A DNA stretch of 64,000 bases from Oscillospiraceae bacterium. GTDB taxonomy: Bacteria; Bacillota; Clostridia; Oscillospirales; Ruminococcaceae. How positions within the stretch are numbered: position 1 is the stretch's first letter; each line of letters starts with the position of its first letter. The notes below the pieces were generated by a model that was given only the letters and a program-made list of their open reading frames with translations, was not told the origin of the DNA and did no database searches. Made by a program: the position numbers and the translations under genes. Location of the stretch: NCBI GenBank assembly GCA_017545185.1, contig JAFWQJ010000084.1, positions 13,305 through 77,304 of the forward strand. The letters run 5' to 3'. Of this stretch, positions 8,806 to 17,460 are shown one piece after another.

Positions 8806-8869
8806 ATAAACGGTAGATTCTGCGTAGAGGGCGCATAATTACCGCAATTTTTGAGAGGGGGAATTTCCC

Positions 8870-11566
8870 ATGAAATCCAGAAAGCTTGCTGCGCTGATGT
8901 CAGCGGCTGTCCTGACCGCATCGGCTCTGCCGTTCGGCCCCGTCGGGACTGTTTCCGCTGCCGGCTCATACAATTATGCCGAAGCGCTGCAGAAATCCAT
9001 GTTCTTCTATGAGGTGCAGCAGTCAGGCAAGCTGCCCGAGTGGAACAATGTCCAGTGGAGAGCCGATTCCATGTGCGACGAGGACGGCAATGAGACCGAT
9101 GCCGTTCCGGGCGGCTGGTTCGATGCAGGCGACCACTTCAAATTCACGCTGACGAATGCGTATTCCGCTTCGATCATGGCGTGGGGCTACCTCGAATACA
9201 AGGACGCGATCAAGAATGCCGGCCTTGAGGAGCTCTACCGCAAGAACATCCTCTGGGGCATGGACTATGTCCTCGGCTGCGATAAGGGCGGCGGCTCCAT
9301 GATCGGCACGATCGGCGACTTCAAGGGCGGCTCGACCGACCACAACATCTGGTGCAGCCCGGAGGTCTATCTGCGCAAGCATCACCTGAACAACGGCGAC
9401 TGGAAGCGTCCGAACGACACGATCAAGAATGCTTCCGTTGCAGCACTTTCCGCGGCGGCACTCGCAGAGGGCTACCTCATGCTGAAGGACACCGATCCCG
9501 ACAAGGCTGCAAACTACTTAAAGCACGCAAAGGATCTCTTTGACGGTGCGGACAAGATCCGCGACACGAAGGACCGCGGCGGCATGGGCGACATGTACCC
9601 GACCTCCACATGGATCGACGACTGCATGTATGCAGCCTGCTGGCTCTATAAGGCGACCGGCGATGAGTCCTATATGAGCAAGATCGAGAAGGATTATATC
9701 CCGCAGTTCCCGACCGAAAGCCAGTCCACCGACTGGAAATATACATGGGGTCTCTGCTGGGACGACACCACACAGGCCGCGGCGCTGCTCTATGCACAGC
9801 TGACCGACAAGGACGAGTGGGTCAACCACATCGACAAGCACATCCGCTACTGGATGGGCGGCTCCTCCGATCTGAAGCCGTTTGAGGGCAAGATCACCGG
9901 CGACGGCCTCTCCCACCTGACAAACTGGGGCTGCCTGCGCCACGCGACCAACACCGCTTTCATCGCGAAGCTCGCATGTGATTCGATCTTCAAGGATGAC
10001 AGCGCCAAGGTCAGCAAGTACAACACATGGGCGGACAGCCAGATGAACTACTGCTTCGGCGACAATAAGCTGAAGATGAGCTATGTGCTCGGCATGGGCG
10101 ACAAGCAGCCGACGGCGATCCACCACAGAGGCGCCTCCGGCATCCACGACGACCACTGGAACGAGCTCGGTCAGTCCGGCAGCAGCATGGGCGGCGAAAA
10201 CTGGCAGACCGAATATGCACATACGCTTTACGGCGCGCTGATCGGCGGCCCGGACAGCTCCGGCAATTACGGCAGCTACAAGGTCTCCGACTATCAGTAC
10301 ACCGAGGTCGCGATCGACTACAATGCGGGCTATACCGCATGCCTCTGCGCGATGATCGACGAGAACGGCGGCAAGCCGCTCGCGGACTTCCCGCAGGATG
10401 AGACCCCGAAGTGGGCAGAATGGGAGGTCGCTGCGACCCTGAACGGCTCCGGCGACAGCTACACCGAGATCAAGATGTGGGCGATGAACCACACCGCATG
10501 GCCGGCAAGAGTCGCAAAGGACATCGAGGTGCGCTACTACTTCGATATCTCCGAGGCGATCGACAAGGGCATCCCGCTTGACAAGATCACCGTCGAGGGC
10601 AAGGCACAGCAGTACAGCGCAGGCCAGCAGGGCTACGCGACCGTCAGCGGCCCGGTCCAGTACAAGGACAATGTCTACTACGCAAGCATCAAGTTTGAGG
10701 ACGGCAGAGCGATCCAGCCGACCGGTCAGTCCGAGCACAGAGACGAGGTGCAGTTCCGCGTGTCCGTTCCGGATGCGATCGACGGACAGTCCACCAAGGG
10801 CGCATGGGATCCGTCCAATGACTGGTCCTACAAGGGCGTCGGCAAGACCGATCTGAAGTCTGACGATTCCCTGAACGAGCACTTCACGATGTATGTCAAC
10901 GGCAAGCTGGTCTGGGGCGAGGAGCCGGACGGCACCAAGGCTGTTCCGCTGGCTGATATCGGCGGCACATCCAGCACCGAGCCGAAGCAGACCACCGCGC
11001 CTCCGGTCGAGACGCAGGAAGAAACAACCACTACCGCTTTCAACATCACACACTATTCGCTGGAGATCGACAACCTGCCGACAAAGACCCGTTACCAGAT
11101 CGGCGAAGAACTTGATCTGACAGGCCTGTATGTTTCGGGCTACTGCGAGGGCGACGGTTACAACGGAGATATTTTCCACCAGCCGCCCGCGGAGTGCGGC
11201 GTAACGGTCGATACTTCGGCGTTCGACAACACCAAGGCAGGCACCTATACGATCTATCTGACATGGGGCACCGCAAAGACTTCGTTTGAAGTTGCGGTCG
11301 GAGACAGCCCGCAGACCGGCACCACGGACGCCGGCAGCAGTTCGTTTCTCTACGGCGACGCGGACTGCAGCGGTAAAGTGGATGTTTCCGATGCTGTTCT
11401 TGTTGCTAAGTTTGTCAATCAGGATCAGACGGCGAACATCACGGATCAGGGACTGAAGAATGCGGACTGCGACGGCGAAAACGGCGTCAACGGCGGCGAT
11501 GTCACACGCATCCTGCTGCTCATCGCAAAGATCGTGACCGCAGACCAGATGGGCAAGACCATCTGA
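8870..11566 (+). CDS. cellulosomal family-9 glycoside hydrolase (endoglucanase): signal peptide, GH9, CBM3c-like, Ig-like module, dockerin
   Basis: GH9 hallmarks: YNYAEALQKSMFFYEVQQSG, GGWFDAGDHFKF, HHRGASG, DYNAGYTACLCAM. CBM3c-like segment: EWEVAATLNG…IKMWAMNHTAWPARV…YYFD. Thr-rich linker. C-terminal duplicated Ca-binding dockerin: GDADCSGKVDVSDAV … NADCDGENGVNGGDV. Confidence 0.9.
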   Translation: MKSRKLAALMSAAVLTASALPFGPVGTVSAAGSYNYAEALQKSMFFYEVQQSGKLPEWNNVQWRADSMCDEDGNETDAVPGGWFDAGDHFKFTLTNAYSASIMAWGYLEYKDAIKNAGLEELYRKNILWGMDYVLGCDKGGGSMIGTIGDFKGGSTDHNIWCSPEVYLRKHHLNNGDWKRPNDTIKNASVAALSAAALAEGYLMLKDTDPDKAANYLKHAKDLFDGADKIRDTKDRGGMGDMYPTSTWIDDCMYAACWLYKATGDESYMSKIEKDYIPQFPTESQSTDWKYTWGLCWDDTTQAAALLYAQLTDKDEWVNHIDKHIRYWMGGSSDLKPFEGKITGDGLSHLTNWGCLRHATNTAFIAKLACDSIFKDDSAKVSKYNTWADSQMNYCFGDNKLKMSYVLGMGDKQPTAIHHRGASGIHDDHWNELGQSGSSMGGENWQTEYAHTLYGALIGGPDSSGNYGSYKVSDYQYTEVAIDYNAGYTACLCAMIDENGGKPLADFPQDETPKWAEWEVAATLNGSGDSYTEIKMWAMNHTAWPARVAKDIEVRYYFDISEAIDKGIPLDKITVEGKAQQYSAGQQGYATVSGPVQYKDNVYYASIKFEDGRAIQPTGQSEHRDEVQFRVSVPDAIDGQSTKGAWDPSNDWSYKGVGKTDLKSDDSLNEHFTMYVNGKLVWGEEPDGTKAVPLADIGGTSSTEPKQTTAPPVETQEETTTTAFNITHYSLEIDNLPTKTRYQIGEELDLTGLYVSGYCEGDGYNGDIFHQPPAECGVTVDTSAFDNTKAGTYTIYLTWGTAKTSFEVAVGDSPQTGTTDAGSSSFLYGDADCSGKVDVSDAVLVAKFVNQDQTANITDQGLKNADCDGENGVNGGDVTRILLLIAKIVTADQMGKTI

Positions 11567-11585
11567 TATCAGAAAGATGCAAAGA

Positions 11586-11617
11586 GCACTCTGCAGGAAA
11601 CTGCAGGGTGCTTTTTT
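11586..11617 (+). terminator. intrinsic terminator
   Basis: GCACTCTGCAG-GAAA-CTGCAGGGTGC followed by TTTTTT. Confidence 0.75.
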
Positions 11618-11662
11618 GCGCGGTCATTGGTATGTTTTTTGACAAAGCCGCTGCATTGTCTC

Positions 11663-11691
11663 TTGACACCGCCGCAATTTTATGCTATACT
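11663..11691 (+). promoter_or_regulatory. sigma-70-type promoter upstream of the DUF285 gene
   Basis: TTGACA, 17-nt spacer, TGC-TATACT. Confidence 0.55.
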
Positions 11692-11798
11692 GGCAATAAT
11701 ACCTGCATCCGTGCGGGTATATCCGAAGGGACTGCGCTGTACACTGCCTGCGGCGGCGCGGCCAATGACCTAAACGAAAACGAAAAGGAGAATCTGAC

Positions 11799-13571
11799 AT
11801 GAAAAACTGGATGAAAACAGCAGCAGCGGCGCTCCTCGGAGCGGCACTCTGCACAGCGGGCGCAACACTGTCGGCAAGCGCGGAGGGTACGGCTGAGCTC
11901 GTCGGCGACACAGTGATCCTGAGCGGAAACATCGAACGCGATGATGTGCTTTTCTTTGCACAGAACGATGACGTAAAAAAGGTAGTGATCAGCGAGGACG
12001 GCGCGGTTCTGCCTACGGACTGCGTTGATCTGTTCAGGGACTACCGGGCGGAAAGCATCGACCTTTCCGGCGCGGACGGAAGCCGCGCCACGAATATGCG
12101 CGGAATGTTTGAACTGTGCCTCAATCTGAAGTCTGTCAAGTTCGGCAAAATGGATACCTCCAATGTCGCGACGATGGAGAGAATGTTCTTCCTCTGCAAA
12201 AACCTCAAATCGGTTGACCTTTCCGGCCTTGACACATCGGAGCTCAACGCGATGAGCAATATGTTCTCGAACTGCACATCACTGGAGGAAGTCGATCTGA
12301 GCGGCTTCAACACTTCAAAGGTCATGTATATGTCCGGCATGTTTGAGGACTGCTATGCGCTGAAAAGCGCCGATCTGAGCAGCTTTGATACCCGCAGAAC
12401 AGACATCATGCAAAGAATGTTCTGCAACTGCTACGCGCTGGAATCGGTCGATCTGAGCAGCTTCCGCACGGACAGTCTCACCGGATACGAATATATGTTC
12501 AGAGGCTGCAAATCCCTGAAGCAGATTGATCTGAGCAGCTTCAAACTCAATCAGTACGCCAATCTGCAGTATATGTTTGAAAACTGCCCCCTGCTGGAAA
12601 CGGTCTATGTGACACCGGATCTGTGGTATCTGGACGGCATCAGTCAGGAGCACGCATTTGACGGCGCCCCCCTGCTGACCGGCGATATCGACGGGCACTT
12701 CACAACGGCGCCGAACCGCGTGACCGGCGCAAGCCTCTCGCTGGACGGCAAGATCGGTGTCAACTTCTACGCCAGACTGCACCCCGATATCAACCGAGCT
12801 GTCCTGAAGGTCGGCAACCGGATCGTCGAGGATTATGATGCCGGCAGATTCCACAGCGCACAGGTCAGAACGGACAGCAGCTACAGCGATTATTACAAGT
12901 TCACCTGCGGCGTCAATGCCACGCAGGCGGGTGTGCCGATCCGGCTGTCGGTCTATGATATGAACGGCAATCAGACCGACCTTTACAACAGTGACTTTGT
13001 AAAGCAGGAAAACGGAGAGGTCTGCTATTCCGTCAACGATTATATCGCGGATTCCGCGCAGTATGCGGATAACGCAGCGCTGACCAAGCTGGTCAAAGCA
13101 CTGGACAATTACTGCAAAGCCGCATCCAATTTCTTCTGCAAGACCGATCTTGCCGTTGATGGCATCGGCAGTGTGAATCCCGATGACCTGCAGGATGTCG
13201 GCATCAATCTGGGTCAGAATCTGGCATCCAGCAAGATCTCGCTGGTGTTCAATTCCGCGACGAGCCTGCGCATCTACTATCCGGCGGGCGTCAACGCAGG
13301 GGACGCGACATTCCGGAAGCCCGGCGACGATGAAGCATGGCCGACGTTCATGGGCGAAACCGAATACGGAAATTATATCGAGATCTTTGATATTCCCGCC
13401 AAAAACCTGACAGCCGAGTACAGCGTGACCGTTGAGGGCATCACCGGCAGCATCACCCCGCTGAATTATGTCAAGCGCGTTCTGGAAGCAGAAAACGCAG
13501 ACGGCGATCTGGTCGTCCTTGCAAAGGCGCTGTATGTTTACGCACAGGCCGCGAAGAGTTATCCGTACTGA
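11799..13571 (+). CDS. BspA-family / DUF285-repeat secreted surface protein
   Basis: Signal peptide (…ATLSASAEG), then ~8 repeats of the pattern DLS.(F/L)DTS.V..M..MF..C..L..V. The C-terminal half (~300 aa) is uncharacterised. No LPXTG or dockerin was seen. Confidence 0.8.
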   Translation: MKNWMKTAAAALLGAALCTAGATLSASAEGTAELVGDTVILSGNIERDDVLFFAQNDDVKKVVISEDGAVLPTDCVDLFRDYRAESIDLSGADGSRATNMRGMFELCLNLKSVKFGKMDTSNVATMERMFFLCKNLKSVDLSGLDTSELNAMSNMFSNCTSLEEVDLSGFNTSKVMYMSGMFEDCYALKSADLSSFDTRRTDIMQRMFCNCYALESVDLSSFRTDSLTGYEYMFRGCKSLKQIDLSSFKLNQYANLQYMFENCPLLETVYVTPDLWYLDGISQEHAFDGAPLLTGDIDGHFTTAPNRVTGASLSLDGKIGVNFYARLHPDINRAVLKVGNRIVEDYDAGRFHSAQVRTDSSYSDYYKFTCGVNATQAGVPIRLSVYDMNGNQTDLYNSDFVKQENGEVCYSVNDYIADSAQYADNAALTKLVKALDNYCKAASNFFCKTDLAVDGIGSVNPDDLQDVGINLGQNLASSKISLVFNSATSLRIYYPAGVNAGDATFRKPGDDEAWPTFMGETEYGNYIEIFDIPAKNLTAEYSVTVEGITGSITPLNYVKRVLEAENADGDLVVLAKALYVYAQAAKSYPY

Positions 13572-13585
13572 AAGGAGAGACAGTC

Positions 13586-13687
13586 ATGAAAAAGACCTAC
13601 CAGACTCCCGAAACCGAGATCATCGTGTTTGCGGCAGAGGACGTTATCACGGAAAGCATCATCGACCCCGAAGGAACGCCGATGTAA
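13586..13687 (+). CDS. 33-codon small ORF (MKKTYQTPETEIIVFAAEDVITESIIDPEGTPM), function unknown
   Basis: ATG lies 6 nt after AAAGGAGAGA, which begins right at the DUF285 stop. It falls below the ORF-track length cutoff. Coding status is unproven. Confidence 0.35.
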   Translation: MKKTYQTPETEIIVFAAEDVITESIIDPEGTPM

Positions 13688-13759
13688 TGCAGCCTGCACA
13701 GCAGCATTTCCTTTTTATGCGGTATCTCTGACAGATTGAGAACAGGGCGCTGCCGCATT

Positions 13760-13836
13760 CCCTGCCAAAGGGACAGGTTCCTTTGAACTCCCGCTGCAAA
13801 ACCGCCTCTCCCCATTCTTGGGGAGGGGCGGTTTTA
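13760..13836. repeat. GC-rich palindromic intergenic repeat, copy A
   Basis: CCCTGCCAAAGGGACAGGTTCCTTTGAACTCCC closely resembles 33760-33795. It is followed by the hairpin AAAACCGCCTCTCCCCA-TTC-TTGGGGAGGGGCGGTTTT. Confidence 0.7.
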
Positions 13837-13875
13837 AAATGAAAGTCCGGAGAGACAGCAGCGCTCCGGCGGTAC

Positions 13876-13904
13876 TTGACAAAACAGAAAAAAGATATTA
13901 TAAT
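13876..13904 (+). promoter_or_regulatory. perfect-consensus sigma-70 promoter
   Basis: TTGACA (13876-13881), 17-nt spacer, TATAAT (13899-13904). Confidence 0.65.
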
Positions 13905-14056
13905 AGAACTGATAAATGCGATGAGGGGATCAAAGGCCGCATCTGCGGCGAAAAAAGCTGTTCTTCGCCTCTTTCCTGCCGCGCTGTGCATGAAAGAGGC
14001 TTTTTTATTCGTTCCGTTCCGGAATTGTGCTGCTGAAAATCAACCGTTTTTGAGGA
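13905..14056 (+). promoter_or_regulatory. structured 5' leader with an intrinsic terminator (attenuator, unclassified riboswitch or sRNA candidate)
   Basis: Three elements: hairpin GCCGCA-TC-TGCGGC; hairpin GGCGAA…TTCGCC, which overlaps the terminator arm; terminator GCCTCTTTC (13967-13975) / GAAAGAGGC (13992-14000) followed by TTTTTTATT. I recognise no known riboswitch consensus. Confidence 0.45.
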
Positions 14057-14065
14057 GTGCGTGCC

Positions 14066-14632
14066 GTGCCGAAATCATTTTGTACAGGGAAAGTCGTTTT
14101 TCAGGACGTATACGATTATACGCTGGAAGATGTCATATTCTTACTGGAAAACAGAGAGTTTTCAGAATTCGGCTTCAACACTGAAAAAGGATATTCCATC
14201 ATTTATTCAGATGCAGGTGAAATCCTGACGGAACATAAAGGCTCAGACAATGCGATTCCGGAGGAAACCGTCAGGCGGATGCTGAATGTGCTGGAGCATA
14301 TAGAAGAATGCATTGAAAAGGCATACGACCGGATCATCAATCCGGATCAGAAAGATGATAAAGCGTCCCCCGCGAATGAGGAAAAGTGGATTCCTGATCT
14401 AAAGCAAATATTTGAGATAAACGGAATCAACTTCGGTGATATAAGTTCCCTGCTGGATCATTGCAGCGTTCTGATTTGGAGCCAATCCCGACGCGATCAT
14501 CAGCCAAAGTGCGCTTCAGACAGTTTTTCGATCGAATTCGATGGGGATGATCATTTCTTTTTCAACGTGAAGTTTGATTACAGGGATATGCTTCCGTATG
14601 AGATCGAATTGAGGAAAGTTAAGAATACATAA
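14066..14632 (+). CDS. hypothetical protein in a visibly AT-richer islet
   Basis: GTG at 14066 lies 8 nt after GAGGAG (14052-14057). About 188 aa and acidic, with no motif I recognise. Composition is clearly AT-richer than the flanks by eye. Confidence 0.55.
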   Translation: MPKSFCTGKVVFQDVYDYTLEDVIFLLENREFSEFGFNTEKGYSIIYSDAGEILTEHKGSDNAIPEETVRRMLNVLEHIEECIEKAYDRIINPDQKDDKASPANEEKWIPDLKQIFEINGINFGDISSLLDHCSVLIWSQSRRDHQPKCASDSFSIEFDGDDHFFFNVKFDYRDMLPYEIELRKVKNT

Positions 14633-14692
14633 ACTCTGATTGACAGCAAAACACGTTTCTGAAACAGAGATTTTCTATTCAAAGAAAAGGAG

Positions 14693-16399
14693 ATGACTGT
14701 CATGCTGATTTCCGGTGCAAATATCGTTGCCGAAACTTTGCTCGAACAGGGCTGTGACACGCTGTTCGGCTATCCCGGCGGGCAGGTCATCGACCTGTTT
14801 GACGCGCTCTATGCAAAGCGTGACGAGATCCGCTTTGTCCTGACCGCCCATGAGCAGGGCGCGGCACATGCGGCGGACGGCTATGCCAGAGCGACCGGAA
14901 AGGTCGGCGTTGTCATTGCGACCTCCGGTCCCGGCGCGACGAATCTGGTCACCGGCCTTGCGACAGCCTGTCTGGATTCCGTGCCGCTGGTCGCGGTCAC
15001 CGGCAATGTCCCCTGCAGCCTGATCGGGCGGGACAGCTTTCAGGAGGTCGATATCGTCGGCGTCAGTATGCCGGTCACGAAGCATAATTTCATCGTCAAG
15101 GATGTGAACGATCTGGCCGGTACGCTCCGCGAGGCGTTCCGCATTGCGAAGTCCGGCAGACCCGGCCCCGTGCTGGTCGATATCCCGAAGGATGTGCAGA
15201 CCGCCTGCTGCGAATACGAAAGGCAGCCCGCGCCGGTCGCGCCGGAGCCTGTCCGGAAAGCTTCCGAGGAGAAGCTGAAAGCAGCCGCGAAAATGATCGC
15301 TGCTGCGGAACGGCCGTATATCTATTTCGGCGGCGGCGTGATCTCCGGCAATGCGTCCGCGGAGGTGCTTGCCCTCGCAGACAAGATCGACGCGCCGCTC
15401 GGCTGCTCGCTCATGGGGCTTTCCGCGGTGCCGTCCGATCACCCGCGCTTTCTCGGGATGCAGGGGATGCACGGGCATTATGCGGCATCCGCGGCGGAGG
15501 ACGAAGCCGACCTCGTGATCGCGCTGGGCGCACGCTTCAGCGACCGCGCGACCGGCAGAAAGGAACGCTTCTCCAAGCATTTCAGTATCGTGCATATCGA
15601 CATTGACGGCGCGGAGCTCAATAAAAACATTCACGCGGAGCTGACCGTCCGCGGCGAACTGCGGGACGCGGTCAGCAGACTGATAAAGCATGTCCGGAAG
15701 CGGCGGCATCCGGCATGGATCAAGCGGATCGCGGCGCTGCGCGCGGAGGAAGTCCGCAGAACGCAGGAATCCCACGACGCACTGGCCAAGCGGCTCACAA
15801 GCCCCTGCCTGACGCATTATGAGATCCTGGATGCGGTCAGCGCGGCGGTGCCGGAGGACGCGGTCATCGTGACCGACGTCGGGCAGCACCAGATGTGGAC
15901 GGCGCAGCGGTATCCGCTTCGGTATCCGCGCACGTTCCTGACAAGCGGCGGACTCGGTACCATGGGCTTCGGGCTCGGTGCCGCGGTCGGCGCGCAGATC
16001 GCGACCGGAAAGCGCACGGTGCTCATCACCGGCGACGGCAGCTTCGGCATGAACCTGACCGAGCTGGCAACTGCCGTCAGTGAGCAGGCAGATATTACGG
16101 TCATCATCATGAACAACGGGGTGCTCGGCATGGTGCGGCAGTGGCAGACACTGTTCTTTGACCGCCGTCATGCCGGCACGACACTGAACCGCAAAACGGA
16201 TTTCCAAAAGGTTGCAGAGGGCTTCGGCGCAGGTGCCGCCCGTGCCGCGAGCCTTACGGAGCTCCGTCAGGCACTGGCTGCGGCCAATGCACAGAAAGGG
16301 CCGTTCGTCATCGACTGCGTGACGGACGCCGACGAATTCGTGCTCCCGATGCTGCCGCCCGGCGGCTCCGTGGACGATATCATTACAACGATCAAGTGA
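14693..16399 (+). CDS. ilvB: acetolactate synthase (acetohydroxy-acid synthase) large subunit
   Basis: 568 aa ThDP enzyme: …GYPGGQVIDLFDAL…, …GPGATNLVTG…, …TGDGSFGMN… RBS AAGGAG. Confidence 0.92.
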   Translation: MTVMLISGANIVAETLLEQGCDTLFGYPGGQVIDLFDALYAKRDEIRFVLTAHEQGAAHAADGYARATGKVGVVIATSGPGATNLVTGLATACLDSVPLVAVTGNVPCSLIGRDSFQEVDIVGVSMPVTKHNFIVKDVNDLAGTLREAFRIAKSGRPGPVLVDIPKDVQTACCEYERQPAPVAPEPVRKASEEKLKAAAKMIAAAERPYIYFGGGVISGNASAEVLALADKIDAPLGCSLMGLSAVPSDHPRFLGMQGMHGHYAASAAEDEADLVIALGARFSDRATGRKERFSKHFSIVHIDIDGAELNKNIHAELTVRGELRDAVSRLIKHVRKRRHPAWIKRIAALRAEEVRRTQESHDALAKRLTSPCLTHYEILDAVSAAVPEDAVIVTDVGQHQMWTAQRYPLRYPRTFLTSGGLGTMGFGLGAAVGAQIATGKRTVLITGDGSFGMNLTELATAVSEQADITVIIMNNGVLGMVRQWQTLFFDRRHAGTTLNRKTDFQKVAEGFGAGAARAASLTELRQALAAANAQKGPFVIDCVTDADEFVLPMLPPGGSVDDIITTIK

Positions 16400-16409
16400 G
16401 GTGTACCGC

Positions 16410-16928
16410 ATGAGCAGGCAATATGTCATCGGCGTACTGGTCGCCAATATTTCCGGTGTTCTGTCCCGCGTATCGGGCATGTTTACGCGCCGCGGCTTCA
16501 ACATTGACAGCCTGACCGTCAGCGAGACCGAAAACGCCGGTGTTTCCCGCATTACGGTCGCATTTCACGGCGACGAGGATATCAAGGAGCGAATCGTCAC
16601 GCAGCTGGAAAAGCTGCACGATGTCAGAGAAGTCGAGGTGCTCGACCGGCATGAGACGGTCATGCGCGAGCTGCTGCTGCTGAAGATCGCGAATACCGCG
16701 AAAAACCGGCAGGATATCATGACGGCCGTCGAGATCTTCCGCTCGAAGATCGTGGACTACTCCACGACGGCGCTGGTCTGTGAACTGACCGGCGAGACTG
16801 CGAAGATCGACGCATTCATTGAACTGATGAAGAATTACGGCATCATGGAAATGTGCCGCACGGGCATCGTCGCGATCGAGCGCGGCGAGAACTGCCTGCG
16901 GACGGTCATGGACGCCGCAGCAGAATAA
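16410..16928 (+). CDS. ilvN: acetolactate synthase small (regulatory) subunit
   Basis: ACT domain: VLVANISGVLSRVSGMFTRRGFNIDSLTV… ATG 16410 lies 6 nt after GAGGTG. It is adjacent to ilvB. Confidence 0.9.
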   Translation: MSRQYVIGVLVANISGVLSRVSGMFTRRGFNIDSLTVSETENAGVSRITVAFHGDEDIKERIVTQLEKLHDVREVEVLDRHETVMRELLLLKIANTAKNRQDIMTAVEIFRSKIVDYSTTALVCELTGETAKIDAFIELMKNYGIMEMCRTGIVAIERGENCLRTVMDAAAE

Positions 16929-16993
16929 CGGGGAAATCACTTTGAGACCCGTATGACGGCAAATACCCAACCGGCTGACAAAGGAGCTTCCGT

Positions 16994-17371
16994 ATGGAAA
17001 ATGACAAAGGCAACCGCATCTTTTACCGCTATCTTGAACTGCTCTCGCAGGAGCATGAACAGGATACTGATCGGGACTGGGGCATGATTCACATTCTCGG
17101 CGGTATGCAGCGGCTGAACGACGGCAGCACGGCAGACCCTGCCTATGAATCGGACTGGGATGATGCTGTCAGTCAGTGTACCGATCCGGCAGATGCCTAT
17201 CAGATCGGGATACAGTTTCTGAAAATCTGGCAGGACATCGGCTATGCGGAGGATGTCGCGCAGGTTCTTGCGGATATGGAAGCGAAAAAGCGGCTTGATC
17301 TTTGGGAGAAAGCCGTGCAGGATGTGGAGCAGGAACTGGATGATCCCTATCTGCATATTGTCAGGATTTGA
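16994..17371 (+). CDS. hypothetical acidic protein
   Basis: 125 aa ORF with RBS AAAGGAG 7 nt upstream. No recognisable motif. Confidence 0.5.
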   Translation: MENDKGNRIFYRYLELLSQEHEQDTDRDWGMIHILGGMQRLNDGSTADPAYESDWDDAVSQCTDPADAYQIGIQFLKIWQDIGYAEDVAQVLADMEAKKRLDLWEKAVQDVEQELDDPYLHIVRI

Positions 17372-17460
17372 GACCGGTATATAAAAGTGAAAACGGACAG
17401 ACGGTTACACTGCGCTCCCGGCAGATGCCGGACATTATTTCTTGAAAAAAGGAACATAAA

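Noticed and set aside
9518-11179. 553-aa minus-strand ORF inside the GH9 gene. Similar long antisense ORFs: 14675..16552, 20263..21603, 22006..23916, 24417..25754, 45775..46962, 47914..49104, 56107..57774, 60475..62124
   Set aside because: Each lies opposite a gene with unmistakable family motifs (GH9, IlvB, RelA, RecJ, GdpP, RNase J, LexA/MurC, YfhO). Their products are Arg/His/Asp/Leu-rich with no domains. Stop-poor antisense frames are expected in GC-rich DNA.
13586-13687. Lasso-peptide-style leader (YxxPxL…T) reading of the 33-codon ORF
   Set aside because: The spacing does not fit: Thr is not at -2 relative to a plausible core, and no Asp/Glu lies at core position 7-9. No lasso cyclase or RRE gene is nearby. 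The ORF is kept only as an uncharacterised small ORF.
13818-14036. Cys-rich small ORF (…CDEGIKGRICGEKSCSSPLSCRAVHERGFFIRSVPELCC), considered as a possible cysteine-rich peptide precursor
   Set aside because: It reads straight through a perfect TTGACA-17-TATAAT promoter and the leader terminator. Its start sits in the repeat hairpin with poor RBS spacing. The Cys codons arise from TGC-rich hairpin arms.
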